Source of the DNA: Geosiphon pyriformis uo1
Taxonomy: Eukaryota > Fungi > Glomeromycota
Reading direction: 5' to 3'
NCBI GenBank assembly: GCA_016748015.1
Contig: JAAOMT010000307.1
Span: 14,048-78,047, forward strand
Length of the DNA: 64,000 nucleotides
Of the stretch, positions 1-14,570 are shown piece by piece. The notes under the pieces were generated by a model. That model was not told the DNA's origin. It did no database searches and saw only the letters and a list, made by a program, of their open reading frames with translations. A program made the position numbers and the translations under genes. The stretch's first letter is position 1. Every line of letters starts with the position of its first letter.

Positions 1-191
1 TTTGTGCCTCCTGTTGTTTTTTTAAGAGATTTAACTGTTAAAGCTTTCTACGGACTTTATAACTATAACTAACGAGTGTTTTGAGCAACTAAATAATTAT
101 CCTATATTTAAAAACAATACACTAATTTAAAGATGAAATGAAATTACCCAAAAATGCATATATAAATTGCTGAATAATTGAAACTCCGCAC

Positions 192-398
192 TTAATTAAC
201 AGTAATATCATAATTTAAACTAAAAAAAGGAATATCCCTACCGCCAGCATTACTAACGAAGCCCAGGGTACCATAATTTTCAGTTCTATCATACCTCTTT
301 ACGTTATTTGAAGCCGGTAGAGCCGAGACGAAGATATGTGCGGGAAGAATTGTTGCCACCAAAAAAATAAGAAATGCAAGGGCAAATTGTAGGTTCAA
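192..398 (-). CDS. Candidate small secreted protein (signal peptide, KR site); probably the first exon of a spliced gene running toward the window start, or a pseudogene
   Basis: Hydrophobic N-terminus NLQFALAFLIFLVATILPAHIFVSA|LPAS followed by KR. Local GC is higher and CpG is retained. The start codon is TTG with no in-frame ATG nearby. Possible donor GTAGGG near 242. Confidence 0.45.
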   Translation of the reverse strand: MNLQFALAFLIFLVATILPAHIFVSALPASNNVKRYDRTENYGTLGFVSNAGGRDIPFFSLNYDITVN

Positions 399-1441
399 AA
401 TTTTAGAAAAATTAAAATTGGTAGAAAAAGCAAAAAAGTTATTTAGTGAAAAATTTAATGTTTTTAAGGAATATTTGTTGATTTAATTGATTGATTTCAA
501 AGGTGCTTTTTTTTGGTGAGCCTTCGACCTTGTTTTATAGAAAAAATTTTCTAGTTTGATTCTAGCTTGAAAAGGATTTAATAAATTTATGATTTCACTT
601 TTAAATTAAAATTTATCGATACATGATTATTAATTTTAACGAGACGGGATCAAGAATATTTAGCCTCTTACCTTTTTGAATATCTCAATTAAATATTTTT
701 CATTCGGGAGGGATAGGAAAAATAAAAGAAATATTTTATGACGAAATCTACTATTTAAAGATTTTTCGACTTATTAATTAACTTGATTCTATTAACATCA
801 TATAAATTATGCATTTAATCTTTCTCTAATTGTAATGTTCAAATAGGATCCAACCCAAAGATCAGAAAAGTTGTTGATTTTATTATTTGAGTCTGCCTAA
901 ATGAAAATATAAAAAAGACCTTAGTTCTATTTCAGTTTTCAATTTTTCGTTAGATATTAAATTAAATAGTGATAAGCAATTTCTGAAATCAAAATCAAAG
1001 AATTATTTGTTTGTAAGCTAATGATATCACTTACTCTTCTTTAAACTTTGGTTAGCCTTATTTGGAGATATGATCTAATATATATTAAAAAAGATAAACT
1101 TTAATTAGGTGTCCAGTAAACGATCAAAGTCAAACAAAAAAACAAAATAAACTGGCTAGGAACATCCAAGTTTACTTGATTATTGAAAAATAATTAGTTC
1201 ACCGGGTTAAATTATTTCAGGTGAATGAATTTCCACAATAGAAAAAAGTAAAAAAAACAATCAATAACAAAGTTGATTGGAACCTATTTCTGCCAAGTAA
1301 TTATTTTTTCGAAAAATAATAATCGTGTATTCGTGCAGTATCAAAATCCAGTTGCTTTTTTAATGATACAATTCATACTTGATAAAAGGGGCTTTATGAA
1401 TTAAATGCCATATTGAACCATGACTTGCATCAAAATCTCTG

Positions 1442-1475
<34 letters not shown>
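1442..1475. repeat. (AAT)n microsatellite
   Basis: About 11 perfect AAT units. Confidence 0.9.
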
Positions 1476-1476
<1 letters not shown>

Positions 1477-4099
1477 GTGATTGTGAATTTTTATAATTGC
1501 ACGTTTTATTAACTAAATTAGAATTAGGAAAAAACTGTATGTTTTATTAGCAAAAAATACAAATGTTAAAGTTTTAAACTTGAAGAATCTCGCGTTTTGT
1601 TAATGAAAAAAATCTTATTATGACACTTTAAAAAATTATCAATGGCTCAAATCAATAACGTTTAATAATGATGTTATTATTATTAATCACAGTATAAACA
1701 TATATTATTTTTTAAAAATTTGGAAACACTAAAAATTTAGAAAAATTATATACAGAATGTTTACAATAATGCATTTTTCAAATAAAAAAAGCAATATAAT
1801 ACATATTTATAAGGTTTTTCTTGGCTATTTTGGTTAATTAAACGATGTAAATTTTTCCAAAATTAGGCTGTGAATTTTTCAAACAGCAATAAAATAGTTT
1901 AGAAACAAATTTCCATTCAAGATACGGCTAAGAGACAACATCCCAATAATTTTTTTTAAATTAATCATCTACGCAATCAGATTTATTGTCAAAACCACTA
2001 AAGGTAATTACTGTATTCAAAATTACTGTTTAACCATTTTAGAATTATTAATTTCTCTTGAATTTTTATTCCTTTCTGGAAACTCATATAAAAAAAAATA
2101 TTTATTAACCCTAAACTTTAGCGTTTCTAGAACCACATAAAACACATAATTAATTGGTTTCAAATATTTGTTGATAAGATGCTCCTTATGCAGAAAATGC
2201 ACTTATTGTAATGTGAAAAAATTTGGTGTTAAATAAAATTTCTTTGACAAATTTACTTCTGGAAACCAATTTTGCCTGCAGCTACTTTTTTGAAGCCAAA
2301 ATCTGGTCAATTAATTAGATTTCATTTTTGAAATAATTTTGAGCTAAATTGTAAGAGTCTTTTAATAAAAAATGTTTTTTTTGCCAGCTAAAATTATTTT
2401 TTCTTAGATATGTAAACTTGGTATTTGAAAACACAAAATGACAAAATATATGAGCAAACAGAATGAGATCACCGAAAATACTTTTGATAATTTATAAGAA
2501 GTGTATCATGTCTTATAGTCTTTTGATCTGAAATTTTTTATTTGACCCAATGAAAAAAATAAAATTTCCATATTGAAAAAATTTTAACATTAGAATAAGT
2601 TAATTACGTTAAAAATTTTTGAAAGTTAGAAAGTTTATATATAGCATGAAGTTTTTTGTTTAAACAAATAAGTAATTATGCATTCAGTAAAAATAGTTGT
2701 AAACTTAAATTATACACTTTTATGAATCTTACTATGAGTATTCAAAACAATTTTAAATTTTAAAGCCTAGAAGATTTAAAAGATTCTAAGATAAAGGATT
2801 TTCTAAAGCAATATTTTGTCTGATCAAATATTTAAATTATATTAAAAACCATTGAGCAATTTTTGACTTGGCTTTTTTCTAAAATATCATTGGTTTTGAA
2901 TATTTGAACTTTCCCAATTTTTTATGTTCTTCCCAAAATATAGACTATAATGAAAGCAATAATATTGTTAAATTGAAAGAAATTTCTCTTTATATGCTTA
3001 CAAGTATCTCAACTCCAAAGGTCTTAAAAAATTTGAATAATGGAATGATATTTGCAAGCTTCTAAAAAAATATTCTAATTTCAACCTTTATATCAAATTT
3101 TTTATATAAAATAGTAATGATACATTTATAAACAATTTTATAAGGCTGAAAAATAATATTTTTAAAAATTATAATAAAATTTAATATTTAAATTTAGTTA
3201 ATTGGACATAATATTTTAAAAATTTTAATCTCTTTTAAAATTTTCAGGGTGAAATAATTTTTCAATTATCAATATTTTAATTAGATAAAAAAATTTAATT
3301 CAAAAAAATACTTGTTTAATTTTAAAATTTCTGTCTATTATCAAAATTTGGTTCTATTCTTTTTAAATTTAATAATAAGTAATTGTCAAAAATATAAAAA
3401 ACTTGTGTATTTTATCAGATATATACGATAATATCAAGTTACTGGAAACTATTTTTTTGATAATAAAATCAATTTTCGAAAATTTAAAGTGGTTTTAAAT
3501 AATTCATTCAAGCTTTTTCGTCTTCAAAAATTCTCTCAAGTTTTGCCATAATTCCCAAAATTTTTTTTAAAATAATATTAAATTATAAATCTCTTGATTT
3601 TTGGATTTAAAATAGGATAAAGGATTTTAAAATGGCTATTTTTATTTTTTTTCATTTAACTAATGATTAAAAAAGTGTTATCAAGCAACAAACCTAATCC
3701 AAATATTGATACAAGACTCATAAACTTAAATAAAATTTTCTTTCAATTTTTAAGATAATGAAAGAAATATTTATCAACCAAGTCTAATATAATGTTTAGA
3801 AATTTTCCCAAATTTTTACAATTTTTTTTCATTCAGAAGAAGTTACTCTAAATTACTTAAAGACCGATAGTATTATTAGAACTTCCACTGATGAATTGTG
3901 CAAAGGCAAAAATTTTTTTTTAGTTATTAATACAAATAGTATCATGATTTGAATTCTATGAATAAACCTTCATATGTTTGTTGATCTTTTGAAGCATGGA
4001 CGAGTTCGAAAAATTCTGTTCTAGCATTCAGCTTGGTAATAGTAATAAGTCAGAATACAAAGATGTTAACATAACTTTCAAAAGACCGAAAAGAATTGT

Positions 4100-7000
4100 T
4101 ACTTAGCATATTCTCAAAAAACTTCTTAGGTAGATCAACTTTAATGTTGGCAATAATGATAAAAATAATATATTGGGCAGCTTTTTCTTTATTATTTCTT
4201 TTTTTTTCTAAAGTTTTTGGTAAATATTCCGGTTTGCAAATCTTTTGTTTTGGATATCAATCTTTTTACTGTGTCTGAAAAATCTGTTCAAAAAAAATTA
4301 AAAGCTGTTAGAAATTTTTTCTTTAATATAAATAATTTTGGGAAGATTTCTATTTTCTCAAAATTTAATAAAATAATCTGAGTGTCTTTTACTTTTAAAA
4401 AGGCAATAATGGCTTCAGCAAATTTAGCAAATGTTGAGAGTATTATGGTGATCACTAATTTTAAGCATTTAATAAACAATTAAACAAATTAGACAATAGT
4501 AATCAAGGAAATTTTTGTAAAAATATTTTCAGAAATTGTGCAGACTGTGCTTGTCAATTTTAGTATTATTAAGTCGATTAAAATGCAATTGGTAAGACTG
4601 TAACAAAAAGCAATTATAAAATTGGATAATTAAAATCAAACTAATTTCCTGGCTTCTAAGTGGTTTATTTTCATTATAAAAAACACAGTTTATATAACAA
4701 GAACTGATATTAATAAACAATTATAAGATACCAGAAATAAATTTAAGGCTTTGTTTTATATACTTTCTATAGAAACAAAAACTCATGATCTTTGGAATTT
4801 TATTGGTTCTATTGGTAAGAAAACCTGTATAATTAATTACAATTCTGTTATTATACTTGTATTAAGTATACTACTGTGTGTTTTAATTTAGAGAAAAGCT
4901 TGATTAAAATAATGGCTATATTCTTTATTATAAAAGATATTACATTTTATTGGTTCTGTTTGTCTTTAAAACAAAAATAATTAAGAATTTTTATGTTTTT
5001 AAGATAAGTTTTATTGGAGTTAATTTGTAAAGATGTTTAATGAAGATTATTTCTAACTGAAATACATTTTTTCTAAAAAAAAAAGCTCTTTTTTTATACA
5101 ATTTGTTATAGTACTATTCTATAATATACCACTTTTTTTTTCTAATATTTGGCAAACTAAAAATATATTTTGTTAAATTATAAGTTATTTTTGTAAACTA
5201 TAGATTATTTTAGTAAACTGTTGAATATTTTGTCGAATTAATAAATATTTAAATATTATAATTTGGTTATATTTGTGTTAAATACAAACTAAATTATTAA
5301 TTAAATAATAATTCAGATAATTTAATAAGATAATAAATAATAAATTGAAATAATAATATGTACTAATAATAAAAAAATATAAGAATAATTTTATGTTAAT
5401 TAATATCGTAAATTTCAACTAGTAATAATAGGTACACTTCTTTTAATTATAATTAAATGAATAATAAATTGGTGTTTAAAAAAAAACTCTATTTTTGACT
5501 ATAAACCAGTTTAAGTTAATTCAAATTTATGTTAAAAAGTCTGCTTCTGTTATTTGCACAGTAGTTTTTAAAGACAAATCTTGGGTATTTATTATTAATA
5601 GACTTTTTTTCAAGTGTTTTTTGGTATTTTCTTTTGGTCTGATTTTTCAAATAAAGTTAAATTTCTTCTAATAACTGTAAATAATATGGAACTACAATTT
5701 ACTAATATTAAATATAGTTTTATCAATTTTACAAAACAAATTAGTAAGTTGGCTAAGAAATTGAATATACTTATATCAATAATTTTTTAATTTAGTTTTA
5801 GATATTAGCTGCTAATAATCTTTTTTTTATCTAATTAAATAAGTAATATAGTAATAAAAAATAATTTAGATGTATACACTAATATTAAGACTGTAATAAA
5901 GCTAATTTTTTCAATATTTTCAGATATAATTAGATTAAAAACTTAATTAAATAAATTATCTAATTTGTTATAAATTTTTTAGCAAAATTTAATAGTTTAA
6001 TTCTGGCTCAAGATATTTTTTTTATTATTATTTTAATAACTTGACTTATTTAGAAAATTGCTATATGTAATATTAAAATATGAATATTTCTGCTAAGCAG
6101 AATAATATTATCAAATAACATAAAAAATTGCAAAATAATATTTTAATTATTACTAAAAAAAAGCTAAATTCTAATATTAAATATTAAATTGTAAACAAAT
6201 TTAAAAATTTTAAGGTTTTTGTTTTTAAATTAGATACTAATTCCATAAATACTAGTGTTATAATTATTATAAATAATTATTTAGCTTAATATATTTTAAA
6301 AATAACAAAAATTTTTAGATTTTTATTAGTTTATTTATAGTTCAAAAACAGATAGTTAGTTTTGATGTTAAAATTATATGTAAGTATATTTTTTAAAAAA
6401 CATTTGAATCAAATATTTGTTATTAATTTTTTAATAATTAAAGTATTTAATAAGAATACTTTTGTTATTTTGGGTAGTGATTTTAATAAAAATAATATTA
6501 AGTACAATACTAGTTTTAGAAAATATTTTAATTTTGGTTTGGTTAATTTTTTGGTTAGTAATTTGTTTGCTAAAATTCTTACTTAAAAGAATTTTAAAAA
6601 AGTCAAATTGATAATTAATTATATTTTAATATTATAAAATCTGGTTAATACTATTATTAACACAGTAATATTAAATATAAAAGCTTTTTTTAATAACTAA
6701 TCATCTTGCTGTTTCTGTTTTTATTAGTTTAAATAGTATTTTGTAATGTTTTTTGCAAGCAAACTAACAAAAACTAATAGAAATACAATTTTAAGAAAGC
6801 TAATATAGTCAAATAAACTCGATTTAGAAATGTTATATTGACAAATATTACTGTATTTGGTGAAAATTTTAGTTATTTAAAAGAACTTTCTAATTTGTAT
6901 TTTATATAGAATATTATTTAAAGAAGTATTTATTTTTTAACCAATAAAATTTTTTTCAAATCTTGGAGCAAAAATTTTAATAGTATTTTTATTAAAATTT

Positions 7001-7710
7001 TATTTTATATTTACAATTTAGAAGTTTTAATTTTAAAATTGTTTGAAATTCATATTTAGGTTTTAATAATAAATTAAATAATCTAATTGTTTGTTAATTG
7101 TTACTTAGTAAATTGTACAAATGTCATATTTAAAACTTTTTAATATTAAATACTAAATTTAATACTGTTAATTCTAAATTAGCTAAAATTAGAAAAGTAT
7201 ATTATGTGCTTAAACTTATTAAATCTTGACAAATTAAAGTTGTAAAAATTTATGCTATTATTAATAAAAGAATAAAAAGTTTCAAAATCAATAAAAATTA
7301 TACTATTAAAAATATTTTAAAGTGTATTTTTTGAAAAATAGTTTTAAATTATTTGGTAAATAGTAAAAACTTGGTACTAAAGTCTAAGAAAATTAAGTTT
7401 AAAGTTGATTTAATTATAAAAAAATAAACAAAAAAGTATAAAATATTGGGAATTATTCTTAATATTTGGTGTTAATAGTATTTGTTTTTACTTTATATAG
7501 CTGACAACACTTTTTTTTAAAGTTATAAATATGATTAAATTTAATAAAATAATAAAAATTATAATAAATCTGCCAAATAGAAAAGCTATATAAATAAAAA
7601 AGATTTTAATTAATACTAAACTTATTGCTTTAATTAAAACTGCTTAAAAAATCTTTTTTAAAATTTTATTTGACAGAATTTTTTTAGTTTACAGTAAGTT
7701 TAATATTAAA
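4100..7710 (+). mobile_element. Heavily decayed LINE copy (ORF1, endonuclease and start of RT), same family as the 19.4-27.3 kb element
   Basis: Residual translations match the readable copies: IKSIKMQLVRL*QKAIIKL (~4570-4625), NKNTFVILGSDFNK (ORF 6362) and TKLIALIKTA*KIFFKILFDRI (~7615-7680). Almost all differences are toward A/T. Confidence 0.8.
5040..5427. mobile_element. Decayed right half of the same LTR family as 20849-21829, inserted in LINE ORF1
   Basis: Collinear similarity to 21400-21829 (aatacatttt...aagctctttttttatacaatttgttatagtactatt; ttatatttgtgtta). It ends in ctagtaata, matching ttggtaaca, and LINE sequence then resumes at G-x-T-S of the knuckle. Confidence 0.65.
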
Positions 7711-7888
7711 AAATATAACTACAATAAACTTTTTCTATAATTATACTTTTTAGTCAACATATTTATAGTAACTATAAAAAAACAAGACTATAAAAATAAT
7801 CAATATTTTGTTATATAAGCTATATATTATATGCATAATATAATAATTAATTAAATATATTAAATATTTATAAAACTATATTAAAAAG

Positions 7889-8093
7889 TTTTAAAATTAA
7901 TAAATAATAAATTGAATATTTTTGTCTTTGTTTTTAAATTTTTTATTAATATGTTTAAATTTTTTAAGTTAAATAATAGAATATTAATAATATTAATCAA
8001 CTAGTTATTTAATTTTAAAAAATTTAAACATATTAATAAAAAATTTAAAAACAAAGACAAAAATATTCAATTTATTATTTATTAATTTTAAAA
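7889..8093. repeat. Perfect 79-bp inverted repeat with a 47-nt spacer
   Basis: 7889-7967 is the exact reverse complement of 8015-8093. Confidence 0.9.
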
Positions 8094-9581
8094 GTTTTAA
8101 GAAAATTTGAACCAATTTTTTTACTATATTGCTCTTTACAATAATGTAATATATTTTTAAGTACAATTATATCTTAATTTATAGATAATAAAAACAAAGA
8201 TTCATTTTTATTTTCTTAATTTTTATCTGTATTAAAATCTTTATTATATTTATTATTATAAGATTTATAATTTTATTTTTTAAAATATAAGTAAACAATA
8301 ATTCAAACTTATTAATATTAATATACTTAATAAGAATTTGTATTTTTTATAGAAGTTCTTGTTTAATATTTAATAAATAAATTAACATTTGGCTATTTTC
8401 TAAAATTTTGTAGTATCAATAATTTTGAATTATAGTTATTATTATTGCTGATTATATATTAATAGAAAGTTAATTATATTTTTTAATATTATTTTAGTGC
8501 TAAAATTTTTGCTATAATATTAATTAATAAGATAAAAAAACAACTTTTAGTATTATGTCTTAAAAAATATAATAATTGTTATATTTAATAATTATAAATA
8601 AGATATTGTATTAAATAGTAAGTATTTAATTGTAATATTAAATAATATAAAAATTTTCTATTATAGAAACCGGTATTATTAAACAATAATAAAAGTTTTT
8701 TTTGTAATGTATTTTTTATTTAATAAATTAAGTTATTTACTAAAAATATTTGTTTATATCTATGTTTTTATATTATAGTAATAAATAATTAGAAGTATAT
8801 TTATATTAATATTATGAAAATATTATAGTTTTACAGCTTTATTAATAATTAAAAACTGTAACTTGATATTAAATATTGTATTATAAATAAAAAGTATAAT
8901 AATTCAAATTTTATTATACTTAATATCAAAAATAAATCTTATTATTAAAGTTGTATTTAATAGTATTTTAAAAAATAATGTTATTTTATTAGTATTATAA
9001 ATATTATTTAAATTATATTTACCAATAATTTTGTGTAGTCATTTTTATTTTTTTGGTAAAATTTCTAAAAAAACATTATTTGTTATACTATATATCTTAA
9101 TATAATACAAATTATATTATTTTTTAAATTTTTTTAATCAACTATTAAATATTTTAAAGTTATTTATTTTTAAAAACTTTTGAGCAAACTTAAGTGTTTT
9201 TATTTGTAAAATATTTTTAATAAAAATACAGTTAATAGTTAGTGTTTTAAATATCTGTTTTTTTAGTGCATTATTTATTTTTAAAAATATTTTTTTCTTA
9301 TTTTTTGTTAATTAATTAAAGTTATCAAATATATTTTTTTCAATCTATTAGTTTAATTTCACAAGTATTTGTTATAATAAAGTGATCAATTTTTAGATTG
9401 AATATTTTAATTAATCTGTTTGCTAAATATTAAGAATGTTTTAATTTTTTTTTTTTTTATTAATTTAACGAGCGAAGTCCAAACACTGCCTAGTGACAAT
9501 ACATCAAAATAATGATCTATACTAGGTGTGAATTATGCTTTTTCTACACATGATTAGTCACTCAAGCCAGCCAGGACTATA

Positions 9582-12500
9582 CTATATATCTATATACACA
9601 GAAACCAAATTACCTATACCTAAGAAAAACTGACAGGAACTATACAACCCAAAACTAACACCAAACACATCATCAATACCAAGCAATCTAATCACATGGG
9701 CTGAAAGCATTAACATGCCACCGAACACTGAGACAGGAATCAAACCATCATGAAGAATCAGACTGTGTTTTTTCATAAAAGCACAATGTTTAGAGCAGAC
9801 CAACCAAATATTATTTCTAAAGACAGGCACAAACCACGAACAAATTCAACCACTTTATCATACACAGTCTTAGAGTTATCAAAGCAAAAAGTGGCTTCTT
9901 GGTACCAATTCACAAGCACAAAACCTTTGCACAATAAAACAACCAGTTCCAAATCAGTTAAACAATTGGATAACATTTGTGACACATAAGAGGAGGCATA
10001 GGATAATCCAAAAACAGCTCTCCAAGCAGAAGCAGAATCAACGAACAATTGAAGCTGAGCAGTTGCATCAAATACACAAGAGAAAATATGGTCCAACACT
10101 TTGATATTGTCACAATACAGACATATCACATTGGAGTAACATTTATTGTAGAAATGTTTGCAAATAGCAACAGGCAGTCTATAATGTAAAGCTTTCATAA
10201 AATAAGAATGGGAGCCAACAGAGTGGCAACTTGTAAAGCCAGCAGCTATATAAGAGTCAGAATGTCAAACAAGAGATAATTTAAACCAATCAATATCTGT
10301 ACACAGACAACTGTCCACAATTTTGGCACCAGAGCCTAGTTCCCAGCATGCACAATAGATAGACTGAAAAACATTATGAACAAAGTGTCTAGAGTTTCCA
10401 GAAACAACACTATTATTAGCCAAAACAACATATTTCTTAAGCCAGAAAGGAGAAGTCAGTTTGAATAAGAAGAAACACCAGCAAACAAGTCAGTCCAATC
10501 ATTGTTTAAAATATCTGAATGTCTTTTAATCTTATACCAGCCAACATTCAAATTCCTTTTACATATGATGCTAGCAATGTGTTAATGTTCAACCCAACAT
10601 TTGTTCCAAAAATCTAAAGCCGACAACAATAATTCAGTTTTACACACATCCAAAGCAGCTTGGCTGTCAGAGAATAGATAGACTGAATTCAAACTAGACA
10701 CACACTTAAGGGCCAACACAATGACCTGAAGTTCTGTCAATATAGAAGACATCATGTCAGTTAGCTCTACTCCAAGACCTAAGTTAATGTTCTCAAAAAA
10801 TGCAGCAATACCAGCTTTCATATTAACACTCCTCAAATTACAAAGAAAACCATCCGTGTATACAGAAAAGCCAGAGACACCAATGCCAGACAATCAATCA
10901 TGCACTAATCTAAACTCATGAGATTCAAGAATTTTCTTTGCAACAGCATCATCCAGAGGGAAGGAACAGACATCAAGAGAACCAGCATTATAGAAATACT
11001 GAACAGCAGTAACAAACCAGACAGGAACAAGACCATGTGAGTCAAGTCTCTTCCACTGCTTGAAAGTTTTCCAGTCGAAGACAGCACTATTCCAGCACTA
11101 AAGCTGCTCAACAAAAGCAATTCCATAATAATGAAGAGAGAAAAAGCACCTGAAATACATTAACTCACTAAAGATACCAGATAAAAGAGTTCCACACCAG
11201 AAGCAAAAAGCATTACACATAAGATTGTCCAAAAATAAACCAGAACTGAGAAAGATCCGAACCACACTTGCCAAGAAGTTGTTCAAAGAATTAACATTAA
11301 TACGAACTGGAGAACACAAGGAATGTACAAGACACCAACTTAAAACCTATAAGTCATGCAATCTATGCATAAACAATTGGCCCAAAATTCCAACAGAGTT
11401 AGTAAAGCATATTACAGTAGCAATCTTGTCTTTGGCTTGGATTTGCTCAAAAGTTTTTAAGCCATAAAATAAGGAGTGGTACAAGACATCATTAAGAAAG
11501 TCTAGGAGCAGACTCGATTTCAATTTCAGACCTTTCTGAATTAAAACATCCCACTTTTGGCACATACTAACAGAAACAAAGCTAAACTAGGTCCTGTAAC
11601 TAACAATAGAATAAAGAATCACCAAAACCAAATAAGAAAACTGTTTGTCTGAAATTGTTTTCCTTAGAACAAAATTGGCAAAAAACCAAACATCCAAATA
11701 TGCTTTAACCAAGCTAGGCTTAGATAACCCATTGGAAGAAAAAAAAATACCCAGATATTGGTGAAATACCCTCTTTTTGATAATAGAAATAGAAGTGCCA
11801 CTGACAAATAAAAAAAAAGCCACCACTCTGCAATTAATTGGAATCACTACAGTTTTGTTGTTGTTGATTGAAATATTATTCATCCTGAAAAATTCACTGG
11901 GAACATTGAGAATGTGTTGTGTAGCTGTCTGATTAGAATCAACTCATATAGTATCATTGACAAAGACATCTGCAGCAAGAAAAAAGGTCAAACTATCTTG
12001 GAAATCTATGTGATTAGTCTTGACAACATAATATGAATTCAGTCTATAACCACATACTGCTTCTTGTCTTTTTACTTCACACAACAAAGTGTTGTAAAAA
12101 ATATGCCAAAAGAGAGATAAAAATACTTCCCCTTAATTCAAGCCATCATGAACACTATAACCATCAATCAATCCAAAATTGGTTATCACTTTGTTCATGC
12201 AGTCATTGTAAATACTCCCAAAAAATCTTATGAATCTACTGCACATTTTGATTCTGACCAAACTCCTCCTTAGATGTTCTTAACCAACCAAGTTATATGC
12301 TTTCCTCATGTCTTACAAAACTAACCAAAATTCACAATTTTTTTCTAAAGTATTTTCTATTACTAAACCAATAGCAAAAATAAGAGACTGTATTGTTGTA
12401 CCTTTAAGAACTGAGAAGTTGTTATCATGAAGAATGTTATACTTACTATATGCCACAGAGATCCTATCAAAAAAAATCTTAGAAAAAATTTTATGGGCAG

Positions 12501-14263
12501 TTTCAATCAGTGCTATGGGTTGGGTATTCATAAAAACTCCCTCTCAATCATAGAGTTTAGAAATCATAGACACCCAAGCCTCCTTTCAAAGACCCAGAAC
12601 AGATTTACAAATCAAACAAAAGTTCAAAAGCACCAAAAACAAATCCAAAACAGACCTGTCGCAATGTTTTTATAGCTCATTTGTAATACCAGAAAGGCAA
12701 GCAGCTTTATTATCAGGCAAACTCAAAACCACACCAAGAAATTTTTCCATCTCAATTGGGTACATAACATTTAAAAAAGCATTGTCAAAGACATATTTCA
12801 AAGATTAAAATTGGCAATGCCATTCATCTGAAATATTGTTTACTATCATACACTTTCTGGTTCTCCATAATTCTATTGACATGAAATTTAACCAGATCAG
12901 GCTTCAAAATGAGGTTCTTATTCACAACCAGATAATCCAATGTGACTTTGTAAAATGGCCGCTCAAGTACACTTCTAATAGTTTGGCCCTTATTCAACTC
13001 AAAGTTTTTCATCCTTTTGTCAATTGCTAGCCTGATTTGAGAGTCCCTAGCATGTTTCAATTCCATCATCTTGAGGGAACAATAAGACTTTCTAACTTTT
13101 GCCAAAGCTGATCTGATAGCATCAAAATAAGATCCCAAAAGAAAAAAAAATTTGATAGCAGAAGCATTAATAGAGTCCAAAGACACCCAAACATCTAACA
13201 AAGAAATAAACTCATTAGATGACACAGAATGCAAAGCCTTTACCAGCTTAGAAACCAAAAATTCTAATCTATAATAGTGAAAAGAACACTTGATAAAACT
13301 ACTATCAAAATCTTTAAACCAGGTCTTTAAGAAAACTTCATTTGCTGAAAAACAAATGGCTTTGCAAACAACACTCCACATGTTGTCCAGATTAGATGAA
13401 CAATAAGAACCAGTAAACTCATCAGAAAACATGGCAAAATTATCACGAAATGCAGTCCTATACCACTTCTATTTAACTCCATCAGCATTTTTGACATTAA
13501 ATTTCTGCCTGTTTCTATTGGCTTGAACATAAATAGCTCTCAAAACAGGATCTAAAATTCTACCAAGACCAATTGTAATCTGAACAGAACTATAATCAGT
13601 GCTAAAGAACTTATCTATATCCACAACACACTCATTAATTAAAGCATTACTCAAACTTTGTGAAACAAAAATGTAATTAATGGTCTTTTTAACACCCCTA
13701 GAATTTTTCCAAGTAGAAGCCTTAATGTAAGAACTATTAATCAATATATTGACTAGATCTAGATCCACACACTTACTATTACTAAAGTTACATTTGTTTC
13801 CATCTTTATTAAAATCACCACTTAAAATAACAAAAGTACTCTTATTACAAGCTCTAACTATAAAAAAATTGACAAGACCAGCCTGAATTATATGCTTATT
13901 CAGAAAAGCCTCTACATATAAACCCAACACAAAAACAGATTGTTTGTTTTTAAATAGCAAACAAATCATTAAAAGTCTACCTCGAATCTCAAAGATTTTT
14001 GAAACATGTTTGGCTAAATTTTCATTCATGATTAAAGTGACGTCCACACCTAAAAACCCAGCATCCAGATCTGAAGTAAACATTCTCACACCAGGAAACT
14101 TATTTGCAATCCAAGACTTAATGCTGGAGCGAAGCTTAGTCTTAGTAACTATTGAAATGTTATTATTTAAAACTGTGTACCATCTAATAATGTCATCCTG
14201 CTTGGCAAGAACATTTATATCTTTAATATTACAAATAGCAATTTTCCAAGCTAAACTACTTAT
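9582..14263 (-). pseudogene. LINE ORF2: APE endonuclease, reverse transcriptase, RNase H and C-terminal Cys/His finger
   Basis: WKIAICNIK and ILSGDFN (APE); NTQPIALIETAHKIFSKI and FVNDTI (RT); VYTDGFL, TELQVI and LFSDSQAAL (RNase H); CLYC...DHIFSC. The start ATG has decayed to ATA and there are many stops. Confidence 0.9.
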
Positions 14264-14570
14264 TAAGGAAGAGAAAAAGTTATCATACTACTGCCAGAAC
14301 AAAAAAAGTCCAATTTATTTAATATTGCCTTAACAGAATTCTCTAGAACTGCCAAGTTAGCCTTCAGACCACCTATTTTTGCAGTTAAAACATGAGAACC
14401 ACTTGGAAAAATGTCCTAGGAGATGGTAGTGACCACACTAGGCACAGGAAAAATGAACAATGGAGTATTAACAGCCATGTTCAGCACTGGATTATGTTTG
14501 GAGGTGGATGGAACAGTAAAACTTACTGACAAAACAGCCAGCAATCTGTCTAGTTTATGCAAAATATTGG
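14260..14570 (-). pseudogene. C-terminal part of a second LINE ORF1 (different subfamily)
   Basis: Translates ...VLTAKIGGLKANLAVLENSVKAILNKLDFFCSG..., matching the ORF1 end of the 19.5-22.5 kb copy (ILTTKVGGLESKIIALDAVVDTVLARLDLLCSG). Confidence 0.8.
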
